A stretch of DNA of 63,751 nucleotides, filler included, from Intoshia linei (GCA_001642005.1; 5 parts of 5 records of this genome joined end to end with filler, not necessarily neighbours in it), one strand, 5' to 3'. Counted from the first letter of the whole stretch, positions 37,101 to 50,847 are shown. A program made the numbers and translations. The notes: generated by a model from the sequence alone, not told the origin.

Positions 37101-40100
37101 GGTCCAGATTTTCCTAGATTACAACAAAACAAACGTTTCACAATTTTTGGAATTGATGGATTCATTGTNATTTAAAGTGTATAAATGTAAAGAGTATTGC
37201 GCATGTTCTCAGTGTAAAGATGCCTGTTCTGGCGACGGTCCAGATTTTCCTAGATTACAACAAAACAAACGTTTCACAATTTTTGGAATTGATGGATTCA
37301 TTGTAATTGGAGTCATCATTGCTGCAATTTTTATGATTATGTTTACAAACATTTTCTGGATAATGATTTGTCTATCTAAAAAATTTGCTTCCAGATTCTA
37401 TGTATTTGTTTCACGTGCTGTAGATAAAAATGCATGTGACAATGAAAATAAATCTGTAGATTCAAATGATTCTTTAGGGTATTCCACAATTATTAGCCCT
37501 GACGAAGTTATTTTTCGACAAGACAGATTTAGTAAAATAAAATATAAAGTCGAATATTGGATGAGCACATTCTTTTATAATATTGGATATCAATGTGCGA
37601 AGCGACCGTATCCGGTAATTATAATTTCAGTAATTGTCATTGTACTATTATCTGGTGGTCTCTTTTTCCTTAAAATTACCAATGACCCTATCGATCTTTG
37701 GTCTTCTAAAACTAGCACTGCTAGAATACAAAAAGATTATTCTGACGCTCACTTCACCCCTTTCTATCGAACTGAACAAATTATTATGACTGCAAAAAAC
37801 GATACACCTTTTATTGATCCAAATGGACGACAAATGAGCTCTGTTTTTAAAAAAGGATTTTTAACTGATGTTGTAAAATTAATAACTATAATTGAAAACA
37901 TACCGGGAATTAAAAGATTTTGTAATCTTCCGATTAACGATAATTGTCTAGTTATGACGCCTACAGAATACTTTCAAAATGACTTGAAATTTCTTGACAA
38001 TTATGATTATTTGATCAAACTTTCTGCATGCATCTCCAATGAATATACTTGCTTTGCTAGATCTGGCGCAGTCATGTTAAAGAACGTTGTATTAGGTGGA
38101 TATAATGAAGATATTTTGTTGGCAAAATCAATTATTGTAACTTTTTTAATGGATAATAAATTAGATCAAAATTATATCAAGGATGTGAAGAAGTGGGAAT
38201 TAAATTTTAATAAAATTGTTTCTAATTTTTCATCCCAACATATAAATTTCAGTTATAATTCTGAAAGATCAATCGAAGACGAAATTGCGAGACAGAGTCA
38301 TTCCGATATATTAACCATACTTATTAGTTATCTTCTCATGTTTCTTTACGTTTCCCTCACTCTTGGGCATATACGAAAGGCTAAAACGTGTATTGTGGAC
38401 GTTCAATTGTTTCTCGGTATTGGAGGAATTGTAATTGTTCTTGCTAGTGTTTCTTCTTCAATGGGTTTTTTTGGGTTTCTTGGAATTCCAGCTACTTTGA
38501 TTATTGCTGAGGTCATCCCGTTTTTGGTACTGGCTGTGGGAGTAGACAATATTTTTATCCTTGTTCAAACCTATCAACACACTTCTATGGATATCATGTC
38601 AGTTCAAGATAATATGGCTAGAACCGTGGCAAAGGTCGGTCCTTCCATGCTGCTGACCAGTATATCCGAATCAATCACCTTTTTCTTGGGCACAATTATC
38701 GAAATGCCGGCAATACGTACATTTTCAATGTACGCTGGAATGTCAATTTTTTTAAATTTTTTGCTCCAACTAACCTGTTTTGTCAGTTTATTTAGCTTGG
38801 ATTGTATACGAAAGAGACAAAATAGACCAGACATTTTTTGCTGTATTAAATTAAAGAAACATGAAATAATTGAATCTCATCCGAAGGGGTTGTTGTATAC
38901 TATATTTGAAAAAATATATGCTCCTGTTTTATACACCAAATTCAGTATTTATGCAGTAATTATTGTGTTTGTCAGCTTTTTTCTCATTTGTTTGTCTGTT
39001 TTGCCATCGATTGGTATCGGATTAGACCAGAAACTCAGTGTACCTACAGATTCTCATGTTTACAAATACCTGGATGACATGCAAACCTATTTTAAAGTCG
39101 GTCCACCAGTTTACTTTATCATAGAGGACGCGTCGTTAAACTATACAAGTCAAATTACCAGTCGCACTTTATGTAACTATTCTGCAGATAAGACGTCTTG
39201 CTCAGAAAACTCTATTGATGGAGTAATTGGAAGTGCTGGTTTAATGTCTAACGTATCTTATATTACTTCACCATACCCGTCTTGGCTTTCTCAGTATCAT
39301 CAGTGGATAAATACTGAAAATTGTTGTAAATTCGATAAAACGACTGATAAAATTTGTAAAACTGGTTGGAATTGTAATAAATGTTCAGAACTTAAACAAC
39401 ACCAACAAGTTGAACATTTTAACCAGTTTTTTGAACATTTTATAAACCAATCCACTAATGGAACTTGTAAAATACCGTAATTTTTTATTTTAATTTATTT
39501 CAAATGTTCTAATCATTTTTAGTGGAAAAGCCATGTATTCTGCAATGGTTCAATATACAAAAATAAACGATGCATTTAAAATTAGAGCTACTAGAATTAT
39601 GGCCTACCATACTGTTTTGAAAACTTCGATGGATTACATTACAGCCCTGGAAAGTGCCAATCTTCTTGCCGAAAATTTTACACAGATGTATGCCAAACAA
39701 AATATTATTGTCAAAGTTTTCCCCTACAGGTATTTATATTTTATTTACAACAATATTTTAAATTTTTAGCATTTTTTACCTATTTTATGAACAGTACACA
39801 CGGATTATCCAAGATTCATTATTATTGGTTGGTTTGTCACTAGTTTCTGTGTTTTTGTGTACATTTTTCTTGATGGGTCTTGACTTTAAAGGCGCCATGT
39901 GTGTCATTATAACTATTTTCATGATTGTAGTTGATATTGGTGGGGAAATGTACTTTTGGTCGATTGAATTGAACGCCATTTCTCTTGTCAATTTAATCAT
40001 GGCTGTGGGTATATCTGTTGAGTTTTGTTCTCACATTGTACGCAAGTATTCCACTACCTATGGAGAAAATAAGTTTCAAAGGTCTAAAACAGCTCTAATT

Positions 40101-40414
40101 GACATGGGCAGTTCGGTAAAAGTTTAATTTCATTTATTCATTGTTTTTTAGATTTTCAGTGGCATAACGTTAACAAAAATGGCTGGAATCATCATTTTAG
40201 CTTTTTCAAAATCTCAATTATTCCAAATTTATTACTTTCGTATGTTTCTGGGTATAGTTATATTTGGAGCTCTTCATGGATTAATTTTTTTACCAGTGCT
40301 TTTAGTCTTTTTTGGTATGTTTATTATTATATATTTACAATATATTTAGGACCCGACTACCGACCCTTACAAAATTATAATCAACTCCACCAGGCAGTAA
40401 GAACATCTGTGTAA
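31123..40414 (+). CDS. NPC1: Niemann-Pick C1 cholesterol transporter, 6 exons
   Basis: Exons 31123-31333, 36619-39476, 39523-39729, 39770-40115, 40152-40314, 40350-40414. Signal peptide, Cys-rich NTD, DPIDLWS, PFYRTEQ, sterol-sensing domain [42 protein letters not shown]. The apparent frameshift at 37169 is an assembly duplication. Confidence 0.95.
32028..32732 (+). pseudogene. hAT transposase internal fragment in NPC1 intron 1
   Basis: [19 protein letters not shown] and INKNFQSD motifs of hAT/ZNF862-like transposases. Confidence 0.8.
32923..34167 (+). mobile_element. Complete-ended, internally deleted hAT element related to CGGBP-type transposases
   Basis: TIRs TAGGGCAA / TTGCCCTA with a perfect 8-bp TSD CTTATAAT (32915-32922 and 34168-34175). 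ORF 33383-33892 fuses [22 protein letters not shown] to the C-terminal SVERNFS motif. Confidence 0.88.
34178..34903 (+). pseudogene. Tc1-like transposase 3' remnant and right end
   Basis: [10 protein letters not shown]...[12 protein letters not shown]...[11 protein letters not shown]; terminal ...GGACTG|TA at 34903. Confidence 0.8.
35422..35852. mobile_element. Buster/Charlie-type hAT MITE
   Basis: TIRs CAGTAGTTCCCA / CGGGAACCACTG; 8-bp TSD ATTTAGAC/ATTTAGAA with central TA. Confidence 0.8.
37034..37304 (+). repeat. 135-bp tandem duplication around a single N (unmerged contig overlap)
   Basis: 37034-37168 matches 37170-37304 except for one synonymous SNP (GCG/GCA). Confidence 0.9.
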
Positions 40415-40793
40415 AAATATTTATTACATATACTTTGTATGATTTTTATCAACTGCAAATTATTAAATAATTATTTATATCAGACTTTCTCGACGGATTC
40501 CATGTGGACCCTGGGTACACTGAAAAATTTTACTTAGTTTCATAACACGGTACAACATTTTCAGAGAAATTTTAAAAGAGCAGAACGAAATTTAGTTTAT
40601 GGATTAGATAACACTGTTAGGATTCGAATGATGTTTGTCATTCTATCTGATTAATCGTAATTTTGAGATATTTCATTTTAAAAGTGTATATTATACATGT
40701 ATAAGGAAATTTATATACAGTCAGACCTGTATATATTGGACACCTAATATAGTGAACATTAAAAATTATTTTGTTAACAAAAAATCCACTTTA

Positions 40794-40893
40794 NNNNNNN
40801 NNNNNNNNNNNNNNNNNNNNNNNNNNNNNNNNNNNNNTTAATTAATTAANNNNNNNNNNNNNNNNNNNNNNNNNNNNNNNNNNNNNNNNNNNN
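40794..40893. other. Assembly gap with linker
   Basis: 44N-TTAATTAATTAA-44N. Confidence 0.97.
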
Positions 40894-43086
40894 AAAGTCG
40901 GTATTACGTTTAAAAGCTCAAACGCCAATTTTTGTTAAAATAAAGTTTAGTTTTAATTTCTCAATAATATTTTTACAGTGATATTTAAAACGTGCACCTC
41001 GACTTCGTTTATGATTATTTTTATAATTTTTTTACGGCTATATGCCTAAAAAAATATTTTAATTCAGTTTAAATCTACACGTTTAAACAAACAACAAAAA
41101 CGAAAAAAAACAAAAAAAGTTGACACCCTATAGTACAGTAGTAATTTATTATAAGTAACAACGATTTATAAGGACGTGTCTAAAAATAACGATTCTGGAA
41201 AATCATTAAGATGTGAATCGTTTCAAATGAAAATTGAAACATTTATAGATTACCAATAAATATGTATTGTCACGAATTTTCAGAATTGAAATCCAATTAG
41301 TTCAACAACCACATTTAAATGAATGTCACTTATGAAATTCTACGAAAGTAAAAGTAAAAGATTATAGTAATAAAGTAAAATCAAGTAAAAATTTAATAAT
41401 AAATAATAAATGTGAAACATTATTAATAATAATGCTTAAATTTTTTATAGTAAATAAAAATAGAGAAATTAATAAATATACATTATTTTAAATCGTCAGA
41501 GCCTCGTTTGCTCGCCTGTAATTTGATTATATCGCAAAACTATAAGTTTGTAACTCTAACTAACAAAAATTTGTAATACTCAGTAAATTTTTTTTTAAAC
41601 TCGGTAAGTACTTTTTTTCAAATTTTAGAAAAGTACTTTAAAAAATTAGATGAATTTTTAGTTTTCGTTCACAAAACGTAAAAAATTCAAAACATAAAAT
41701 TAATGTTTCTGATTTTCGATAAAAATATGAAATAAATTATATTATTTACAATAAATAACTGATATTTAGAGTAAGATAATATCCGAATTTTATAAGAAAC
41801 TAAATTTGTAGTATCATTAAAAGTAGATAATTTAATTTGTTAAGGGTTAACAAAAAATAGGTTATATATTACTTTTGGTAGACATGAAGTTTTTATTGTA
41901 TTTTAAAATTCAGTTCAATTAATTCTGGCGTAAATCTAGTTCTACGAATAGACGTGAATATCCCACCTAAGAAAATAATCTTTTAACTGATGCGTTAGTT
42001 GCAGGTATTGATAATTTAATTATTTATTTAATGCAATTTTCCAATGCATTGATTGAAAAACCAATCTTATTGCAAAATTAATAATTTTTAAAATTAAGCT
42101 TATTCTTAAAAGTTTCAAAACTAAGTACAAAAAAACCAATAACTCAGTAAAAATAAAGCTAGGTACTTTTTACAAAAAGTTGAACACAATACAATGTAGT
42201 AACTACATAGCAAAACTCTCAATAAGTAAAATTAAATAACTAACAAAATATCAAAATAAAATTAAGTGGGATTAATTCATTTTAAATGAAAAGGTAATAA
42301 GAAATGACGGGTCCATGGTGAAAAAAAGTTTTGGAACCACTCCTTCAAAGGATTGATAATAGTGAATTTTTAAGTAAGATTGTATAATTGAATTTATTTT
42401 TTAGTAGAATTAAAAAGATCCTAATTGAATTAATAGAGTGTTATTGTTAACTAAATAGAATCTATTAGGTATTAATAATATGGAAAGGTCTCCCTCGGAT
42501 AAACCAGCTATAGGCTTTATAAATTAAATACCAATCAAGCTGTTTTCATAAGATAATTTGAATACATTCAAAACTACAAGCAAAAATGTACAATTTTTAT
42601 TATTACAATAAATATTTATCTTCAGGAAAATAGTTTGAAATCTAAATCTCAATACATTACAATAATAACCAAAAATAAAATAGAATTTAAATTTTCGTCA
42701 TGGAGTAGATACAGGTAAGTTTGAGTTCGGAATTTCTGACCTGGTTAAAAATTTCAAATTTTTGGAATCGGTACTAATTGTATAATGGTTACTAGATTCG
42801 TAAAATTAGAGAAAGCACAGGTTATAATGTCCGGCGTAATCAAATAAAAAATTTACTCGACATATTACACATTATGTGCGATTAAAAATAAAATTTCAAA
42901 TGGCGGACTATTAAAGGGTAGTTATAATATATGATAAATTTAAACTCGTCCAGACAGAAAATAACCAAAGAATGTCGACCCAAACAGGTACCTAGTTTAA
43001 ATAAAGCTTAAAAATACTATATTTTGTAAATATAAAAACCTATAAACAACTACATTCCACGTCAAATTCGAAATTCATTATAAAAA

Positions 43087-46000
43087 TTAAATCTTTAAAG
43101 CAAAACGATTGCACCTTGAATCCAAAATAGTAACAACTTGATGAATCAATTTATTCAATGATATTTCAGTATTAGAGCGAGCAATGCCTATATAAAAAAT
43201 AAAAAATTATGTATTAGTTATGATTAATAATTAATACATGACTAACATTATTGAAATAATAATTGTTTATTTATGTCATGAATATTCTTAATTATTTGAA
43301 TTATAATATTTTTAAGATTACAGAAAATCATAATAACACGCAGAAATATTTTTTAAAAAATAAATATCATTTTTGGCGAGTGTAAAATAAAAATTAACCA
43401 ATAATTTTTAGCTTTAATTTGTTCAATTCTTGCATATCCAGATTTTGATATTTTAATACAGAAAATAGTGGAGTTTTCATAGAAAAAACAATAATTCTGA
43501 GACTATCCCTATAAAAATATATATTAGATAAATCGCCAATAAAATACACAATAAATCATTAAATATTTCTAAAATAGTGTTATAAATAAGTAATGGGTTA
43601 CTCCATATCATTTTAATACTAAATACATTTTTGTTCCACAACTGAACACAAAAAATCTGTCAATTTTCAATTCAACATTTTAAAAAAATCAAGGATTTTT
43701 AGTTTTGAATTAATTCGATTATTGACAGTAATTCATTCCATCAAAGTGGAAATTTATCTTTCGAACATGGACCTTATCATAAATGTAAGGTTCTCAGTCA
43801 TATATGTTCCGTATTCATTTTAAATCAAATGTTAAAAAAGATAAATAAATAAAACCAATTTAAAATTAAAAAAGGCACCTAGATTTTTTAAAAATAAACC
43901 ATAAATTACTAACATTGTATTTATGTACAAATAATTAAAATTACTCATCAGAAAAGTAATTGATCCAAAACGACAACATGATAATGTAATTTCTCGATAA
44001 TTTTCCAATATACTAAATCAAAAATTAAGAACATAAAAATATTATATATACGGAAATATTATTAGCATTAGTTAAAATGACATTAAGTGACAAACAAACA
44101 GGAAGTAGCACTAGTTTTTTATCACAAAATTCGCATTTTTTTTTCAAATACCTATATGAAATAGATAAAATTAAAATTTAGATATTTACAACACTACGCA
44201 TTACAAGGTTTGCAAACACTCTCAACAAGACTATTGGTTTCACATACTAATAAAATTTGAGTCATTTAAAGTTTGGGAAAGCTTGCAAATAATACAAAAC
44301 GCAAAAATATACCCATTAAATTTATTCAAAATAATGTTGAAAAATGGCAAAGTATACAATTCATAAAAACTAATTTCAGTTTTGGCATCCTTTTTAATAT
44401 CCAACAACTTTTTACCACTTCTTTCTCTAAATTTGCCAAAAAGTCTTACTTTACCAATATCATCATATTTTGTGTCATTTTCAATATTTGGGGTTTCTTT
44501 AGAAATGAAAACGTTTTTCATACACTAAAATTATAAGTGAATACAATAAAATATATATCAGCTTTCCGCTAGGGACGTTCCCCTCTAAGAATACCTGATA
44601 ATCTTTCGAAAATAGAAAAATTTTCCAAAATAAATCAATTATATTTCAATAAAACAATAACATTACTACCATAAATTATCTCTAAAACGTCGTATGCCCT
44701 AGTAATAGTGGTTTTCAACTTTTTGTGTTCGCGACCCCCTTATAAACATCATATCAGTTCACATAAATAAAATTATTAAAAAAGCATATTCGGTTTTATT
44801 TATATTTTATACTGTGCTCACTGAGCACTGCCCAGTACAATGTATTATTATAATAACTACATTTATTTTCTTCATTTGAAATTTGAGGTTGCATTTTAGC
44901 TATAATTATTGATATCCTGGGCAGTGTATAAGATAAGGCCAGCCTCATATCATCCTTAACATTCCATCTGTTTATTTACTTTCTTTTTATATGAACAAGC
45001 GTATAAAATCCCGCTTCACACAGATAAGTTGACGGAAAACATAGTAGCAATCTCAAAGCAATCGTAAATACATTTGGATATAAATCAATGACCAAAAACT
45101 ACTTATTGGTTTTTCATAGACAATATTACGTGCAGTGGAATCATTTATTAAATCTATTACTTCATCCTGAATTCTATCGAGAATAGTTTATATATTGAGT
45201 GAAAAACATTTAAATTGTAATACAGAATGTAAAAATATTTGCGTAACATTATTACTGTCAATATTAATTTAAAATAAAAAATATATATTAATAAAATTTT
45301 TAAATTCTCACAACCCCTTGATAAATTTCGCGACTCCCCGGTTGAAAACCACTGCCCCTAGAGTGAGATGGTTGGCGTTAAAAATACATTAGACCACCTT
45401 AATCTGCATTAATTGAAATATTTATAATCAAACTTTTATCAAAATTTAATTAACAATAAAACAAAAATACCTCTAAAATAACTCCATTCTGAACTATCGA
45501 TACATTTTCACCGAATAAAATATTTTCAATACATTTTAAAGACTAAATAAAACCAAATAAAATAAAATATTAAATAATACATGAATAGGACACTTTTGAA
45601 TAATTAATTTGATACTTTTCAATATGACAGTTTTGTATTCGTCCAAATTGAATCTGTTATCCATGGAATACAAATATGAGAATGTTTTCTCGACGGCCTA
45701 ATAATTGTTGTAATTAATAATACAATTCCTTTAACCGGGACGAAAAAGATGGGAGGGTTACTTGGAGTAAATAAACGATAAAATTACATAAAAATTCGTT
45801 ATATTCGAAAATTCTTTGTCGATGGCGGTAGTTAAGTTGACAAAATTTTTATAGTACTCATCATACTTTGATTTTGGATTTTGTAAAACTAAATCTAGTA
45901 TATTTATTCATACTAAACCAAAAATACCAGATATAATGTCCAATAAATAATCCTTTGTTTGTAAACATTGAGATATTGGTAGTTTTGTAAATTTTATTCT

Positions 46001-49000
46001 ATAATTTATCAATATATGTATAAATATGACTTAAATAAGTGTTCCCCAACCCCTATCATTGTGTTGTCATTTTTTAATTTTCTCATCGTCCAGTAGTTTA
46101 GAATATATACTCTGTTTCGTCGAGCGATGTTTCTCAGTTTACTTAATTACTTAAACCTCAAAATAAATGTTAAAAAATAAGCATACGGTGTATTATTTGG
46201 ACAAACGCCCTCATGAATTGATTCACATTCTATGGGAATATATTCAAGATTTTGAGAGACATCATTGTCTATACTTTTATTTCTAAATATTAAAATGAAT
46301 TTAATGTTTAATAACTATTATTTAATTTACTTTATTTCGGGACCGTTTTCTGCAATAGTATCAACATCGGAAGAATTCAAACCAGTTTCAAAAATGCACT
46401 TTAATTCATTACATATTTTTTCATCTGTAACCTAAATCGCTCTGTAAATTAGTCTACGTCAATAAACAATTGTACCAGATGTGAATTTACATTCCTTTCA
46501 GTAAAGTTTAAGGGAAAATATAATCATATAGTAAACCTCTAGTCATTTTTTTCAAAATTTCGGGAGAAGATACCGAAAAATAAGAAATTTCTAATGTGTT
46601 GTCACACAACTTGTGTATAGAATAGTGATAGGCTAAACATACAATAAAGTTAGTAACTAGTCTCTCACATAGTTAAAAATATTTTTTAAATTTAAATCTT
46701 AGTATTTTTACCGGATCACATCTATTACTAACATAAATTAATGCAATTAAACCTTAAAGTCAATTGGTTTGTTCTCATCGGTTGCAATACATCTAGATAC
46801 AGCCTCTGCAATTATTTTTGCAATTTGTTTCTGTTCTCTGTTAATATTTTCAAAACGATGTTGCACTCCTTTCAACAAATCAGATAATATTTCTAAATTT
46901 CAGGTAATGGATAAATTCGTAATGTTGGCCAACATTAATTAATTACCATTCAATTGTGAAATGTGCAATTCCTTCATTGAAAATAAAATAATTTTAGCTA
47001 TTATCAATGTTTCTTTTGTATCATATGATTCACGAGCCCACATGTCTGATACTTTAATAATTATCTAATTAACAAGTAAAATTTAATTTTAAAACAACAA
47101 AAATAATGTATTGTAATAATTTTATATTATTTAAATTTAATTTTAACATACACTGATACAATAAATTGACTAAAGTGTGTACTTAAATCTAACCATTTTT
47201 ACTAAGAATCATAATTTAACAACCATTAAGTGATAAATCCAGTTTTACTAACCCTAAAAGGAAAAACCCACTTTTACCAAACATAAAATGAAAAATCCAG
47301 TTTTAACAAATTGCAGAGTATTTCATAAAAATACTTATGTAATTGAAAAAGAATTTATACAAATATATAATTACGCAAGATTTATAAAATTACATAAACT
47401 ATTTCATAAAAGATCAAAAATATTCCACTTTAAAAAATAGTAATTTGTAAAGTTAGTACGAAAATGAAAAGAAAATCCAAAGAACAATGTATTTATTATT
47501 GTTCTAGTTTTATAAATTTTCTATAATATACAGTTATGGAATTTTCCCTGAAAAGTTAGTAAAGCTGGATTTTTCCCTTAAGAGTTGGTAAATTTTTAAT
47601 TTTAGTAGAAATGGTTGGGTTTAAGAATATTCTCATTAACAAATAAATACAACATACCTTTGAAAACCAACCAAACTTTTTAGTCAATAGTAAACATCGT
47701 TTAATTTCACGAATCTAATATAAAATAAATGAAAATATAAAACTACAAAAGATTCATGATATTCAGTAACATGTCAAGGTCAAGGCCAAAATGGATCCCA
47801 GAGTCTAAATCAACAAAAATTTCAATTTCGTTCAATATATCATTATTCATTATTCGAAAGAAAAATCCTCCACACGAAATTTATGATATCCTATGAATTT
47901 AAAAAAAAATATAAAATTTATTCATTTATTTTATAAAGCCATTTCGAATTTATCCTTAATTAATATGCTACGCAATATTTATGTGTGTGCGTTCCAATTT
48001 ATTTCAATAACTACCAGTCTTAGAATTTTATAAAGTCCACATTTCAATTACAGTTTTTTTCGGGACGTATATTAAGATAAATTTCAACCTCCAATTTTAC
48101 ATCTTACAGGTCAAACCCTGTTGTCTCTCTTTTTGAAGAGCAAACGAGTTGGAGAATTTAAAAAAATATATCAATTGTCCTTCTTTTTGAAATCAAACGA
48201 GTTGGAGAATTTAAAAAAAGTATAGTTTTTTTCGGGACATATAATAAGATAAATTTCAACCTCCCAATTTCACATCTTACGGGTCAAAAACCCCTGTTGT
48301 TCCGCTTTTTGAAAATCAAACGAGTTCGAGATTTTAAAATCATAAAAATTATCATAAATTTTATAAGGTTAATAAGGTTAAATTTTTAAACATTTAATTA
48401 TTAACTCGTGAATTTTTTAAAAATTTTACAAATTACAAATATGTGTGGGGTTCGCGAGATTCAAATAAAATGCAAAAAAAATTTATCAAATTTTGTTTAT
48501 TTTTAATATTTATTAGAGTTGTCAGATGTTGGGAATTTATCCCAAAGCGTAGACGACAGCTACATTATTATTTAAAAAATCCTACCATTTAAAAATGTAA
48601 TCAAATATACCAATTCAAACCCTGAGGGAAAAGTCGACTTTTACAGATATTTTGTTGGTAATACGATGTTACCGAATTTGATGAACAAAAACTTCCTAAA
48701 GCAAAACACGAAATTAAAAATTCCCTTTTATCAACCTTATAAGAAAAATCCACTTGTACATATATTGTTTTGAAAAATACGATTTTACTAATTTCATGTT
48801 TCCTATGGTATCCAAAAAAATAAATATTTCGAAATGAGGGTCCGTACACTATTTGAATCGGAAACCACTGTTATAAGTAAATTAAAATTATAAAAATTAA
48901 AATACCTCATCAAAATGAAACTGAAGTAAAATGTTGTTCAAAGAATAAAAAATTTTTTCATTATCATTAATATTATCTGGAAAAATTGTAAATATTTCAT

Positions 49001-50847
49001 CATCTCTAAAAATTAAAAGTAACAAAAAATACACAAAATGAATTAAATTAAATTCTTACCTTGAAAATTTTATAGTCCACTTCAAGAAAATAGACAAAGT
49101 ACGTACTTTCATAAATGAAAACATGTATTCAAAAACACATTTTAAATATGGTATATCTATATATTCATCATTCCAAATTTCTTCAATCAAGAGTTCTAAT
49201 AAATATTTATATTTTGATTTTCCATTTAGTCACTTTCAGGAATTTAGGGTACTTTTTAGTAACGTTTTAAAGGTGAATTTATAGTCAAAATTTGTTTTTT
49301 TAAATATTGAGACAACACAAATAATTTTTGCATTATCTATTTAATCCAGGGTTTCCGAACCTAAGGCGTGGATCCGCGAAGCTTTACCTATGCTATACTC
49401 TAATAAATAGTAAAAAACGAATTTTATTCAACATTTCCGAAAAACCGCACTCACTAGTGAGAACCAAGGCGGTAAACCTTAATATATAAACGGTTAATTA
49501 CCGAATTTACCGGCTCTACAAAATATTATAAAACTTTAGCTAATTCACAAAAGTTAATAGGTTGGAAACGCTGATTTAGTCTACACAACATTTTCATATG
49601 GCAGAAATTGAAATTTTTAAATTATCAGAACAGTGCCTCTTTTTATTATCAGAAAATGAGCCATCCCTGAAAACATCACAGCTTTTAAATTCCCTATACC
49701 ACACCACAATATAATATTAAATTAAAAACCAGCATGTCCAAAATTAATCAATTTAATCATCAAACTCCCGATAAACCATACATTTTGTTTTTTAATTTCT
49801 TTGTGGGATAAGAAGTTTAATGTTTGAGTAATTGTATAAATGAGAATATTAAATTTTCTAAAAAAAATATTAATCATAAATTTTACATATTCTCAATCAT
49901 CCTCATTTCATTACTCGGTGCACCAGTTCATTAGGAAAATATTTAATTTTTTGAATTTATAATAAAAAGCTAAAATTAAAAACACTACAGTGCACTGCTC
50001 TTGGTAATGATCAACAATAATATTAAATTTATAATTATAATAATAAAAAATTTACGTATCACTAGAATAAATTTTTTCATGCAAATACCAATATGCACAA
50101 ATTAAACTGTTCATTTTCTCAACAAATTCATTATTTTCCAAATTTGAATACAAAATTATAAAATGATTGCAAAGATTAATGAGAAAATTTTTTTCATTTT
50201 GCAAAAACTGTATAACATGATTAGAAAATCTAAAAAAATAGACAATAATAATAAAGTCGCATAATGTCAAATACTCCTTGGAGTCAACCCCAATCTGTCA
50301 TTAGCGATACATGAAAATGGGCCCATTTTTTTTGGTTTAACTATAAGGCATGCCGCCACCTAACCAAATTTCACCTCATATAGACCTTCCAGAATTTGAC
50401 AGAAATAATATTGAAAAATTTGACGACCATTTTGCAAACATTTAATCGAATCCACTAAGAGGTGAGCAGGGTATGGTAAATTATGCTCTGCTTGGACATG
50501 TCATGCAACCAGAGTTGACTATAAAAATACAACGTATAAACATACTCACGATCCTTGCGACAATGTGATTCAAAGTAAAATACAAGTAACACTACATTGT
50601 AAAGTTTGATTGCGTCGTGTAGAATTTTTAAATTAAATTTTGCATTTTGTTTTGAGTTTTGATCTATAAAACTTTTAATTTCATCAATGTAACCAATTGT
50701 AACACAAATTGAATCATTTGTGTGATTCTCAATAAAAAATTTAATGTCATTTTTTATAATTTTGACAGATTCACAATAAAAATTTCTCCCGTCTTTAATT
50801 GCGTCCAATTCTTTCAATAAATACACAGTAAGGGTTGAATTTGACAT
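43087..50847 (-). CDS. TELO2: Telomere length regulation protein TEL2 (TTT complex), highly diverged, about 19 exons
   Basis: Manual splicing gives a continuous frame. It includes WFIGSLMIKLINFGHAELL, KVSDMWARES, EILSDLLKGVQHRFENINREQKQIAKIIAEAVS...PIDFK (the TEL2 GV..RL...IAE motif), ILFGENVSIVQNGVILE and GKVRLF, ending ...RFALKI* at 43087-43089. Confidence 0.8.
44706..45354 (-). mobile_element. Internally deleted Buster-type hAT element in a TELO2 intron
   Basis: TIRs (T/C)AGTGGTTTTCAAC at both ends. The minus strand reads LRLLLCFPSTYLCEAGF..IKKK*INRWNVKDDMRLALS..PRIS. Confidence 0.85.
47953..48360 (+). mobile_element. Helitron-like family A copy with internal duplication
   Basis: A|TCC start; the block at about 48050-48165 is repeated at about 48225-48335. 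Confidence 0.65.
49347..49573. mobile_element. Charlie-type hAT MITE
   Basis: TIRs CAGGGTTTCCGAACCT / AGGTTGGAAACGCTG; TSD ATTTAATC/ATTTAGTC. Confidence 0.8.

Noticed and set aside
36621-37304. Programmed frameshift or exon duplication in NPC1
   Set aside because: The duplicate is split by an N and is near-identical, which marks an assembly artefact.
2308-40414. Lysosomal gene cluster (LAPTM4, Rab27, NPC1)
   Set aside because: NPC1 is separated by five unrelated genes and a gap of unknown size, so the grouping is likely coincidence.
45928-49969. TELO2 as a pseudogene or a TAA-readthrough gene
   Set aside because: The apparent stops vanish when the cassette-like segments are skipped and the acceptor near 45999 is used. 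All complete genes here end in standard stops.
50264-50520. GC-richer island in TELO2 intron 1 as a structured ncRNA (RNase P/MRP, snoRNA)
   Set aside because: No conserved boxes were found. The plus strand reads like a broken gag-type fragment (PHIDLPEFD...), too weak to call.
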